This document shows, one piece after another, positions 52,601 through 64,000 of a DNA stretch of 64,000 bases (positions are counted from its first letter, which is position 1; each line of letters starts with the position of its first letter). Both the position numbers and the translations under genes were made by a program. Below the pieces are notes generated by a model, which did not search any database, was not told the DNA's origin, and worked only from the letters and a program-made list of their open reading frames with translations. The DNA comes from Vicugna vicugna (lineage: Eukaryota): positions 9,843,627 through 9,907,626 of the forward strand of contig MU058423.1 in NCBI GenBank assembly GCA_013265495.1, in the 5' to 3' direction.

Positions 52601-55600
52601 TCACAGATGGAAGGAAGGATGGCTGTCCTCAAGGAACTCGAAGTCCCACGTAGGTGAAGAGTTAAGATATACTAATCCTGGTAACTGACCGTGGGCTGGG
52701 GTGAGGGAAAGGGGAGAAGGAATGAAAGCGATTTCTGAGAAGAGGTGATGTTAGCTAGTCAGGGACAAGAGAGGCAAGGGAGCTCCAAGCCAAGAGCAAA
52801 CACAAAGTCATGTAGGCTGGAGAAACCTTCTCGTTTGAAGAAACTCGAAGAATGTCTGGAATGGAAAGGTGTGCAGCACAGAGGCAATTAGGTTCAGAAC
52901 ATAAGGATGTTTGGTAAAAAGTACATTACAATAGTACTCAGAGTTTGAAGTCGAAATTCCCTTATCAGCTTGAAGCGGTAAACCTGTGTGACACGTTCTA
53001 ACCTCTTAGCCTCGCTTGATCTTTCCAGAATGGGGCATCTAAATCTGCCTGTTTCACAGAGCAACTTTGTTCCTGTGACTGATTTTAATTTAGTAAACTA
53101 AAGGAAATACATTAGAACACTTTTTAGAATTTTAAGAAATCTAAGGCTATATTCATCACATGGGTCCCGGCTGGCAGGTGTCTTCTGGAGTACTTATATT
53201 TTCCTACATTTAAATAAAAATACCACTGTGAAATTAACTTTTAATTAGACAGTCACTAAGAAGTTACCCCCTCTGACACACATCTGAGATCATTTTAAGT
53301 CGTTATTTGCAACATGGACAATGCTGGAAGATCAATATTTGTACCATTATGAAAGCTTAGGTTAGTATGCACAATTAAAATTTAAATCGGCTAGGGTATT
53401 TTTGTTACTATTGCTATGTTTTATTTCTATAATTAGGTCATTTTGACTTGCGTTTTGTAAGTTATGTAACAGGTGTGCTCACCTGTTTAGTAAATGTCTC
53501 CGATCTTCTCATTTTACATTGGAAATTAAAGTGGAAAAATACGCATCTACACGTTGCTCTGGAAATGTGAGGATAGTATAGTGCAGTTCTTTTAGAAAGC
53601 GTGGATTGAAATTTATGTGTCATGGAACTGTCCTATTCTTGGTAGGTAAAACTCAGATTTTTCCAATTTATGGTATTAAGGATTAAATGTGCTTGGTTTT
53701 CTTGCAAGATGCTCTTTCCTTCTAAATGTAGTCATCTAATTAAGATTTCCATTCATGGGAAATGACTTTAAAGAGCACATATGACAGGCTTTTACACAAA
53801 CAAGCTTTGATTGGATTAATTGGATTTGCATAAATTTTATGATGTGAGTATGCTGGAGTCTTGGCCTCATTCGCTTCGAAGGGAGAACTTAAAGGAATTT
53901 GTGAAGAGGAAACACATTAAAGGTTGCAAAGAAACCTTGTAAAGGCAGTCAAGTTAATGGCACGGCAGAAACAAAGCAGTCAAAGCTTTAGCAATATTTA
54001 AGCTCGCCAAGTATGGAAAAGCTGGGCGTGGGCAAAAAGAGATGGACGATTCAGACAGACCACAAGGTTTTGGTGTGAGTATTTTTTTTTCCGCAAAAGA
54101 AAAGGGATGCAGAGCAGCCGCGACACCTGATGTGGGTCTGCTGGCAGAGGCTGGGGAAGCTGGTGGCACACTTAGGGCTGAGGTGGCCACGGCAAGGATG
54201 GCCTGCAGGCAGTTCTAGTAGAGGGTCGTTTGGTCATCAGAGACCAGTGCTGATTCAGGGGCACCGAAAAGGTGGCAGCCTGGAACTGGGCTGCTGAGAA
54301 GTAGGACAGATCAGGATGGCATGGAGGAAGCAAGGAGGTGGGGAAGAGGGGAAGCTCCTGTGAGTAAGACAAGGCCAGAGGGGCCAAGGGACAGAACAGG
54401 GAGCTGGGATGAGGCCCCAGGCACACGGTCTTGGGCACTGGGGCTTGGCAGCCCACATTAGGATCACCAGTCGTGGAGACCAGGAACCCTTCCCAGCAGG
54501 CGGCCATCAGGGGCTCAGAACTGATTCTGAGCAAAGTCTAAACAACAGATGTGAGGTAATAGAATTAAGAAAGCCTTGACCTGGAACCAGACTTCAGATC
54601 TTACAGCTGTTAGTGCAGAAGTGTCCATGGAACATTGATTCTGGCATTTGTGGATTACATAGTAACAATGTGATACCAATAATAGCAACATTATGACCCC
54701 TTAGCATTTGTATAAAACTCCTTCACAGAATGACTCACAATAACCATGTGACATGATCTTACAATCGTTCAAAGATGATAAAACCCAGACTCAGGAAAAT
54801 TAGATCTTCTCACAGTCTTGCAGTCAAAACAGTGGCAGAGTTTAGATGAGAACCTGTCCCTGGTGTTTTAAACCTTTGTTTTTGACATGCTTTGTGGTGA
54901 GTAAAGAAGTGGGCAGCTGGTATGAAGATAAAGGAGAAGGGCTCTCCTGACCCCAGGAAGCTCACAGTCCAGGTTAGGATCCAGGTTCACGCAGAAAGAA
55001 CCTTAACGTTCCGAAAACTCATCCCAGCACTAGAAGGGAGCCTAGGACTTGGGAGGGATCCAGCCACTGTTTGATGTATTAATGCGCATCGAATGAAGTG
55101 CTGTGGTAGCCCAGGGAAGCAAATAATCAGGTTGAACTCAGGCTATAGAGAAGGCTTCTCTGAGAACATGGCATTTTAGCTGCTAAGAGAAAGGGCGCTA
55201 CCTTGAGGGACAGGGGTGTTTGGATTTGGTTGGAAGGGAAGGAGAACTAATACTTAGCGAGATAGATTTAGAACCAGACATGCCTAGGCTTGGACACCGG
55301 ATCTACTGCCAGTTAGTGTAACATGGGGCCAGAAACCTGCCCTCGTGGATTCTCTGTTTTCTTATAGCACGTGCTCATCATAAAGAAGCTAGTGCTTTGG
55401 AACATGTTAATGAGAGAGGGGGGTATAATTTAATTTTTCACGAAGGATCTGTCATTTCGTATTATCACCCTTTTGCAGAAAAAGAAACTGAGACAAAAAA
55501 TGTTAAGTAACTTGCATGAAGTTAAGTAATTTGAAACCAGAAGGTCTTCCTGGTTCCAAAACTCATTCTTTTCCCACCACCCTCCAGTGGCATGCAAGGG

Positions 55601-57789
55601 ATGTATTGCGAGGATCCAGGGGCAGCTTTGAAAAGAAGGCGTCTGCTTCTTCCGTTTAGTCCATTCGATTGTCTTAGGGAATTTGTCGATGGAGGGAGAG
55701 GGTTAGAAATAAGAGGAGAGAGCACTAATTTATGTGTAATTGGAACAAGTCTAAATGCAACATTGACCCATCACTGATGGAGAAAAGAGGTTTAGAGGAT
55801 GGGGTAAAAATCCCATATGAACATCAGAGAGCTGAGATGCCAGCTGAAAATGTAGCACTTATGAAGTAAGATGAAGTGGCTTTAAAGATATAAATATATT
55901 CAATAAGTGAATGAAGACAATGTTGAGTTGAACTAAACAACTAGAAGAGTTTATATCTTAGGCGTGTTTTGAATTAAGAGAAAACAGCTAAACCATAAGA
56001 AGATTAAATAGGATGGTGATGAAAAAAAAATTAGTCTCTTCCTAGAGTATTATCTAGGATCTGTTTGCATTTAGCTACCTTTTCACATCTCCTTTTGTCA
56101 ATTCTTCTTTTTCAAAATTATTCTCAATCGATGCAGGATCCCAGATGAGCAGATATGACAAAAATATAAGTAGTGAGGGCTTGTGGGTTCTCATAGCACC
56201 AATAAAAAGGAAGCTGCCTTGCTACTGGACACGTGGTGTGAATAAATATTTTTTAGTATGTTAAAGTATTGACAAAGGCATGAGTCCTGACCACAGAGAT
56301 TGTCTGTATGTGAGCATGTGGATGGGTGATGCAACCTTGACACCAAGGCATACATACAGACAGGTGTCCCAGTCAGATGCTACCATTGTCATAGCTGATG
56401 CCATTCATTCAGATGCAGCTATTCAGTTTGTGATTCAGTCAAGCCAAGCCTCTTCATTCTTCCTGTATCTCTCTTCCTTCCTCCCTCCCTTTCTCCTCTC
56501 CTCTCTTCCTTTCTCCCTTCTTCAGCAAACATTCATATTTTGCCTTCTCTGTGCCAGGACCTGGGCAAGGCTCTGGTACTACAGAGATAAAGAGTCAGAA
56601 ATCATGATTGAGACTTGACCATGGCAGACATTAGAGGAATTAAAACTCATTCCTGCATTTCTGCTTTTGCTTTTGACGGACAGAAGTTTGGAACCGTCAA
56701 AAGATTTTACAGCTTTTGTGTAAAGTGACATTCCACGTGGTCACCACAGAGCTGGAACACCACAGGTAGTTTGCATGGGCATTCTGAAAGAGTTACATTC
56801 TTGCTGGTCCCCCATCTCCTTTTCATTTGTCATCTTTGGTTACTGGTTGATTGACAGGCACTTTCCCAAAGCTCCGTCTACTGTAGTATGTAAGTATATA
56901 CTATATATGATGTGGATGTTCTGTAAGAGCTTTTTCTAGGTAAGAGGCCAGTTCCCAACCTGAGAATAAGCCATCTGTCCTTAGCAGATATTAGCAAGTT
57001 TTAGCCACATACAGGGAGACTGACCTGATTAAAAATATACCAGGAAAAAGATATACTTAAATAATGCCAAGATGAGGAACTAAATAAGGGGAGGGGCTTG
57101 CTCAGTTAGGAGAGTTTCTTCAGCTTGCTGCATTTAAATAGATGGTGTCTATAAAAAGTTTCCTTAAGAATCCTAGTTGGCAAAAATTCATAGTCAAGAA
57201 AAATCAAGTTAAATTCTAGATACATTAGCAGTCTGTAGAAACGGTAATAACACTGCTTTCAGGAAGGAAGGTAGGAAAAAAAAATCAATGAGGCACAAAG
57301 TTTGTGAGTTGACTCCTCTCTGATCTGTTTTAGACTATGTGGGAATAATGGATGGTGAGTTGATTGTTGCAGGTCAGACCCTGAGATGTGATTGGTAAGT
57401 CAGAGCTGGATCTAATTCAGGAACATGACAGATGTCAGGACGGTTGATTCAGCGCCCATCCAGCACCCTAGAGCTTCACCTGTATTCATTTAATCCATTC
57501 ACAAATGTGTGCTCCGCTGTCTGGTGGGGTTCTTATCACAGAGCATTTTGTCTTTTAAAGACCAAGACACTATAATAAAGAAACATGGAGAAAGATTTTC
57601 TAAAAGCTCTCCTCATATTTAATTTTATATTTCCACCTTAGGAAATCAATGAGACGAAATAAATTCCTAAAACTCATATCCATGATGCCCTTGTAACTCT
57701 TCCCTCTGCTCCGGCTCCTCTGAAAACCCCAGACCGACTGAGCCATTTGCAATTATGATGGCCCAAGGGATGTAAAATATGATCTAGCC

Positions 57790-58165
57790 CCATGCTATCT
57801 CATAGAAATATAATACAAATCGTATTTTAAATTTTCTAGTAACTCTTTTTAATTTTAAAAAATTAATGAATTAAAAAGAAAGTAGGTGAAAGTAATTTTA
57901 ATAATATATATATTACTTAACCCTATATATCCAAAATATTATTTCACCAGGTGATCAATATAAAAATGTATTAATAAGTTATTTTCCATTGCTTTTTTTT
58001 AACATTTTTTTATTGAGTAATAGTCATTTTAGAATTTGCATTGCTTTTTGTACGCAGTCTTGGAAATCGGTGTGTGTTTTGCACTTAAAGCGCATCTCAG
58101 TTTGGAGCAGCCACCTTTCGAGAGTTCAGTAGCCAAGTAAATGGCAGCTGAATTGGACAGGGCAG
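57790..58165 (+). mobile_element. MER33-like hAT-Charlie DNA transposon, full length
   Basis: atagaaatataat...aaattttctagt...atatatccaaaatatt...gcatctcagtttggagcagccac...attggacagggcag; 8-bp TSD atctagcc (57782-57789) / atctagac (58166-58173). Confidence 0.85.
57998..58034 (-). mobile_element. Extremely 5'-truncated L1 tail nested in MER33
   Basis: aacattttttt attgagtaatagtcattttagaa resembles the L1 tails at 22040 and 23575; 15-bp TSD tttccattgcttttt (57983-57997) / tttgcattgcttttt (58035-58049). Confidence 0.75.
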
Positions 58166-60099
58166 ATCTAGACATTTTTTCTCTTTGTCTTAAAGAAACT
58201 TAGTGGTTTCCTAGTCTATTTTTTCTCTGATCTTAGGAAATACTTTTGACTCGATAGGTACTATTTTGATCTGTCCTTTAGAAGACACACCTGGATAGAT
58301 TTTTTTAAACTTTTCTCAAATTAGCAAAGACTTGGTTTATTGCAACTGTTTCACATAGAATCTTTAAAACGCTTTTAAAAATAAAATACTCTTTTTCATC
58401 AAGGTTAAGAAATAGAGAAGGATGTGAAAATATTAGAACACTTTTGAAACTTAAACTTGGATGAGGGCGTATTACAGATTTCCCTTCTGTGAATCTTGCT
58501 GTGGAAGGAAACAAAGTTCATTGCTATGTGTGGATTCTCCCCAGGATTGCGTTTTCCTTTTGCCAGCTCTTAGTATATGTTAAAGACGTGTGGAGGAAGG
58601 TTATTCAAGGCAACATTTAGGCATCCTTGCTTTTTTTAAAAAATGCTAGGATTTTGTCTTATCTTCAGCACACGTGGTGGAGCAAGTTCCCTTAAGACTG
58701 CAGTTCTAACACAGCCATATGTATCTTTTCTTTCTTTGTTTCATTCATTCATTTATTCATTTGTTCATACAGCTCTTTGTGAATATCTGTTACATGCCAG
58801 GCAACTTGCTGGGTATGGAAGTTAAAACACGGAAAAAAGGTTTCATAATGTAGTGAGAAAATTGTGTAAAAAAACTACAAATATTAATGTGTGATGTCCT
58901 TCACCCTCAATAGGACATATTGTTTATTCTTTGTTGCTGTGATACAGCTTGGGCGCATATGCCTTGGAAATGGGGATGTGTTTCTTCCTTTACCTTTATT
59001 AACAGTGCCAATTATGTCAATGCTCCTGGGTTCCAGCCAATCCTTTTTCCAAGCAGATACCCCTGTCAAGAAAGGCTGATGTTCATGTTTGTGTTCAATT
59101 ATTAGAGGCATCAAATCAGGCTGGATAAATAGCGAACGAAGTTAATACGTTACTATTTGAAAATTAAACATCAGCTGTATTCATACTTTTAATTCAGGTT
59201 CCGTCACCAGAATACCATCGTTGACAATGTTATTCATACTGAAAATACTGGCAAAAAAATATACTGCTGCAGCTTTCAGTTCACCTGTATGTGTGGGTCA
59301 GAGCTTCTCACTGCTTCCCGTGCATTTCCAAGTACATGAAACATATGCCGTGATTCTGGTTACTGGAGGGGAACAATGCAGAATCTGTTTCCCTCTGGTT
59401 CCAATTTACAGATGTTCCCACTCGCCTGGATACTCTTTGCCAAGATGAGATTGGATACAAACCTACAGCGGTGTACCAGGGCAGGGGAGGCAGAGACTCG
59501 CTCTGCAACCCAGTGGAACGTATTAAGTCAGGAATGGCTGGGGCATGGAAACAATCGAGGAATGGACGCAGAAGGGTGGACTACCCCAGAGGTGCTCTGG
59601 GCATTAAGCAGAATTCCACTGCCTGGAAAACGGAGGGAGTGACAGCCTCATGCATCGAGGGCTGTGCTGCTAAACAGGTGACCAGAGCGGAGACTCAGGC
59701 ACTGGGATCAGTTAGCAGAAATCAGACACCAAGTAGAAACTGCATTTCAGGAACAATGTATAAACCTGGTTATCAAATATAGGCCAGAACGTTCAACCTG
59801 AATCAGCAGCAGAGACGGGATGACGCATCCCAGCGCCTGTGCCGTAGCTGTGCAGACATGTCCCGCTGGAGGTCAGGGTTTTCCGAGGTCAGGGAGAGCT
59901 GAGCGTAAAGGTTGGAGACAAAGGAGAAAGAAGTCTATTTAAGTGACCCTGGCTTTGTGAAGAAGGTGGGGGTTGGGAGATACGGAGCTAGAAATGGAGT
60001 GGGATGAGACACCCGTAGTCTACTTCAGAGTCCCGCCTTCAGCTCCTCACCCAACTGATTTCATTTTTAAGTCAAACCCATTGTCAGGTCAGGTCATCT

Positions 60100-60800
60100 A
60101 CAGTTAGACTGGGGAGTTGCTCCATTGATTCAACTAACAAGGGTCTGTGAAAGGCCAAGGCAATGTGAAGAAGTTGTCTGTTTTCGTCACTGCCTAACTC
60201 TTTCTTGGAGGTCACCAACCACAACCTTCTTGCTTGGACATTAACTTCCCCTGCTTCTTTGCAACATTGAACGCGGCTGATCAAGGACCTTCCTGACCCC
60301 TGAAATTCTCTCCTCTCCTGGTTTCCTTGATGTGATCATTTCCTTCCATCTCGAGGCCACTCCTGCTCTGTGTCCTTTATTTTTGCCGCTCTTTTATTTC
60401 CCACTTCCAAATTCTAACGATCTCAGAATTTACCTGTAAGCCTTCCTTTCACCTTCTCTCCCCTCTCTGTTTCTTGCATGTGCCCGTGTGCCCACTGCGA
60501 TAAGCCCGGCTCATCCCCTGGAAGGCTTACTGCGGCAGCTACTTCACCTGGCTTCTCGCTCCTCTCGCCAGTCCCCTCGGCTTCCGGATTGATTTTCCTG
60601 AAGCAAAGGTCTGATCACACCAGTCTCCTGCCCAGAAATGTGATAGCCTCCAACAGTGAACAAAATTAAGTACCAACTTATCACTTGGATCTCAAGGCAT
60701 TTACACCACAGTCCCAAGATAATCTCCCACCAGGCCCCCATATCTAGTCTGCATTCCCGCCAAATGAGCCCACTTACTGCTTCTCAAGGATATTCTATAC
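60100..60800 (+). mobile_element. Degraded L2 fragments
   Basis: gaggtcaccaacc...gcaacattgaacgcggctgatca...attttcctgaagcaaaggtctgatcacaccagtctcctgcccagaa. Confidence 0.55.
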
Positions 60801-61283
60801 CTTCCCCCTCGGAGAATTTATGCGTGTTCTCCTCCTGCCCTATAATGGCAGTCGTATGTCTTGGCTTGTCTGGGTCGTCCTAGTTTATTCCTGTTGTCTT
60901 GATGCTAGTATCGCTAAGCTCGCATTTCACACTCAAAAGTGGAGTCGTTTGAATGATAAACTATATGGTCAGCCTACCTGTAAAGCTCTTTTTCCTGTTC
61001 CTCCTCTCAGTCTTATTCTGTAGCCTGCACGCTATTTAACTTTGCTTCTAATTAGCGTTGTCATATCCTTTTAAGCCATGTGCTGTATAAAAAAACACCA
61101 ACTTCCATGGCATTTTCTCTCACTCTCCACTCTACCATCACCGGTTTAATGTACTCTCTTCTTCCTTTTCAGCCTCTACTTTTACCAACATAGTACTGTA
61201 GTTGTTTGTATTTAAATGTACTTATTTGTGTATCTAAAATTTTACTCTCCATAGTACATCGCAAGTTCAGGGCCTCATTTTTT

Positions 61284-61848
61284 TGTATCAGTTAGATTGC
61301 GTTCATCTGTAAATAACTCTGACTTAACCATTTGACAATAAGGAGCTTTGATTATATCACATAACAGTGTGCGAAGTTAGGTTGGCTCAAAAATGACTGA
61401 TTCGGTAACTGAATGAAAGACCCAGGTTTCTCTTCTCTTTCCACTTGGACGTAAGTGGTGTCTGCTCTGCTCTTGCTGGCTCCCCTCATGATACCCCTGT
61501 GGGCACCCTTGTTCTGGAAGTCACATGCAAACGTGATGATGTCTAGAAGTAGAATGTTTCTTTTGTGACTCTCTGAGCAAGAATCCCTGTTACAGAAGCA
61601 CTTATGCCCAGCAGGAGTCGCCTCATCGCCCCTTGGACAGAATTTCATTACCTGCCCAGGTCTGAACTCGTTCGTTACACACCAAGACATCAGGACTTGA
61701 CACATCATTCATCACTTGAGGCCAAGGGTGGCCCTGACTCCCCCGCAGATCATGGCCATGCGTGAAGGTTGTTAACTGAGCAAAATCAAGGCTCTATGAG
61801 GAAGAAGGGTAGTTAACACTGATTAGGCAGACAACAGTGTCTGCTCCA
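61284..61848 (-). mobile_element. MLT1I/J-like ERVL-MaLR solo LTR
   Basis: tgtatcagttagattgcgttca...tcacataaca...gagcaaaatcaaggctct...ggcagacaacagtgtctgctcca. Confidence 0.7.
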
Positions 61849-62329
61849 TATAAGTTTGGGTTAAATCAGTGTTTATTAAATAGGGTTTTCATTTTATTTC
61901 AAGGTATGAAGAATTTTAATTCACTCAGATATTCTAATGCTGTAATGAATTATAAACGCTGATATTAAATAAACCTTTAAAATGATGAGCACGGCACGTA
62001 AGAGGTTCATTTCAACACTATTTGCTTAAGTTCACATGGAGAGATTATAATTAAGATTTTGAAAGAAAACTTGATTGAGATTTTAATAGCTGTCTAAAAC
62101 TGTTGGCCAGAAAACTGTGCTGAGAAGTGCTCATTAAGTAAAATTGTTTCTTGTTGCTTTTTGTGGGAATGTGTTTCTGAGTATTTGAGTGCTGTATTCA
62201 TAGGACTCAAATGTTCCAAGGATTTCAATGATCTGTTACAAATTTACCTTTTGGCACTGAATTGCAGAATTCTCAAAATGCCTGCCAACTGTGCAATGCA
62301 ATAAACAATAGGTCAGAAAATCATGATTT

Positions 62330-62357
62330 TGCAGGGTCCTATAGCACCAGGGGGAGC
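62330..62357 (+). promoter_or_regulatory. Candidate CTCF binding site
   Basis: Core GCACCAGGGGGAGC (62344-62357) preceded, after a 5-bp spacer, by TGCAGGGTC resembling the ZF9-11 upstream motif. Confidence 0.45.
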
Positions 62358-63789
62358 TGGAAGGAGGCTCTGAATGAGGGGCCTCCTCTCGTGCCCAGGA
62401 GAGGACCCCTGCTCTTTCCACCCAGTGTCTGTTCAGGTCCAGATCCTCTGCGGGGGTCAGTCAGAGGTGGGAGCCAGAGAATCTGGAGATCCTTCCACAG
62501 TAGTTAGTACCAGACTCGGTAGCGGGGCTGTCTTCAACCTTCTGAAGTCTGGTCACCAGTCTGGTCACCAGTCTGCAGCACAGATGATCCCAGTGGGGAG
62601 ACTAGGGGGCCAGCACCCCTGGGGTCGACATGAGAAGGAATCAGCACTATGAACGTGAAAATACTCCACGCGAGAAAAGGGATCATAAGGGCTCGTTTTG
62701 TTTCTGAATGGAACAGAGAGGCCAGGACAGAGGAAAACTGCTCCTAAATCTTTCATTGGATCTTACAGCTCAGTTACGGACCTGGGTGCCAGAGGACTTG
62801 GAGCTGGCATTGAATGTTTTCAGCCGCACTCTTGCTAACCACAGAGATGTGATGACTCTAAATATTTTGACAGCCTGCAGTAGGACTCAGCAGAGAAGCA
62901 GAATCTAAGATTATGCATAGTTTGGACTTTCAAACATGTTTTCTGGAGGATAAAGGGGCTGCATAAGATTGAATTCTTCCCAAGTGTAAAAGTCAAGGAT
63001 TCTTATCTGAGGGCAGTTTCTTTACATGCATGTTCAAGTACATGTAAAAGTTCATTTGAACCTCGCAGGAGTGATCATGGGAAAGTAGCATAGCAGCTGA
63101 GTCAGCTAAGTAGGGAAGGGATAGTGGACTTCAAAGTCATCGTTTCTTTTCCTTAATAAATCGAATGAATAGGAATGTTTTCACATCAGTTCCATAGGCG
63201 TCTGCTATTCTAATCAACTTCTGCAAATAAATATTTAATCATTATTCTGTTGAGAAATAATATTAATTTATAATTTTTCTTCAAAGCTTTTTTTTTTTTT
63301 AATGAACTTCCTGTTAAGATTATCTGAACCTCCCACCAAACTTCCCCGTCACCAGTAACTTCAAAGTGACATTTCAGGGTAACAGGCTGGTTCTGAAAAT
63401 AAGACACAGGAGGCTGAAGAGACATTGCAGAAATTAATTATTCCCAGCCCCATGGCGCCCTGTCCACCCTGCAGACTCTGCAGTCTACTCTTGGTTTGAA
63501 TAAATGTAAGGGTTTGTGAGAGAATCTTATCTGTAAGCCTCATCGAGCTTTTTTTTTTTTTTTAAGAACAGATTCCAGTATTAGTGCTTTATACTAATTG
63601 GGGGAAGTTATATTCCTAAGTGCAGAAGGTCAGGTGAAAAACTTTAACTGCTAGACTTTTCTTCCTAAAATAAAGCAAAATAATAAAATCGTACAATGTC
63701 AAGTTTGACATTGAATGATAAAGTAGGTTAATATAGGTTTTATAAAGCGCTTGGACTCTGTTCCTGCAAAAAGTCTTCCATGATGAATA

Positions 63790-64000
63790 TAACATTAAAG
63801 TCGGAGTTACACTGCCTGGATTTGAATCTCAGGTCTGCCGTTAGCTACGAGACCTTGGGAAAATTGCTTAACCTCTTTGTGCCCCAGTTTCCTTATCTGT
63901 GAAAAAGAGATAACACCTCCCTCATGGGTTAGTTGTGAGAATCGTATCAAATTGAAACATGTGAAGTGTTAGAACAGTACCTGGTCCTTGGTGAGTGCTG
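63790..64000 (+). mobile_element. MIR
   Basis: ctgcctggatttgaatctcaggtctgcc...gaccttgggaaaattgcttaacctctttgtgccccagtttccttatctgtgaaa. Confidence 0.85.

Larger units (their letters stand above)
39163..64000 (+). other. PLPPR5: PLPPR5 intron 1 (continues beyond the window)
   Basis: GTAAG donor at 39163. No sequence encoding the expected next residues (IIVGETAVFCLQ...) was seen downstream; content is repeat-rich. Confidence 0.85.

Noticed and set aside
1..64000. CRISPR array, prokaryotic operon or foreign insert
   Set aside because: No regularly spaced repeat-spacer array or dense ORF block; mammalian repeats are spread throughout the window.

Overview
Mammalian genomic DNA, most likely a camelid, judged from a vic-1-like tRNA-derived SINE and cetartiodactyl-type L1 3' ends. 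The only protein-coding feature I can support is the first coding exon of PLPPR5 (LPPR5/PRG-5; + strand, ATG 38926, GT donor at 39163), which sits in a CpG island at about 38200-39660. Upstream lie about 38 kb of repeat-rich intergenic DNA, and downstream about 25 kb of intron 1; I did not find exon 2 in the window. The rest is mostly interspersed repeats (L1, L2, MIR, MLT1 LTRs, hAT DNA transposons), several with readable target-site duplications (TSDs), plus microsatellites and a few candidate regulatory motif clusters. I see no convincing new multi-gene system. The most interesting observation is a complete 3' splice-site architecture inside the PLPPR5 coding exon, apparently at the position where paralogues have an intron. 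Repeat family names come from recalled consensus sequences, and boundaries of old repeats are approximate.
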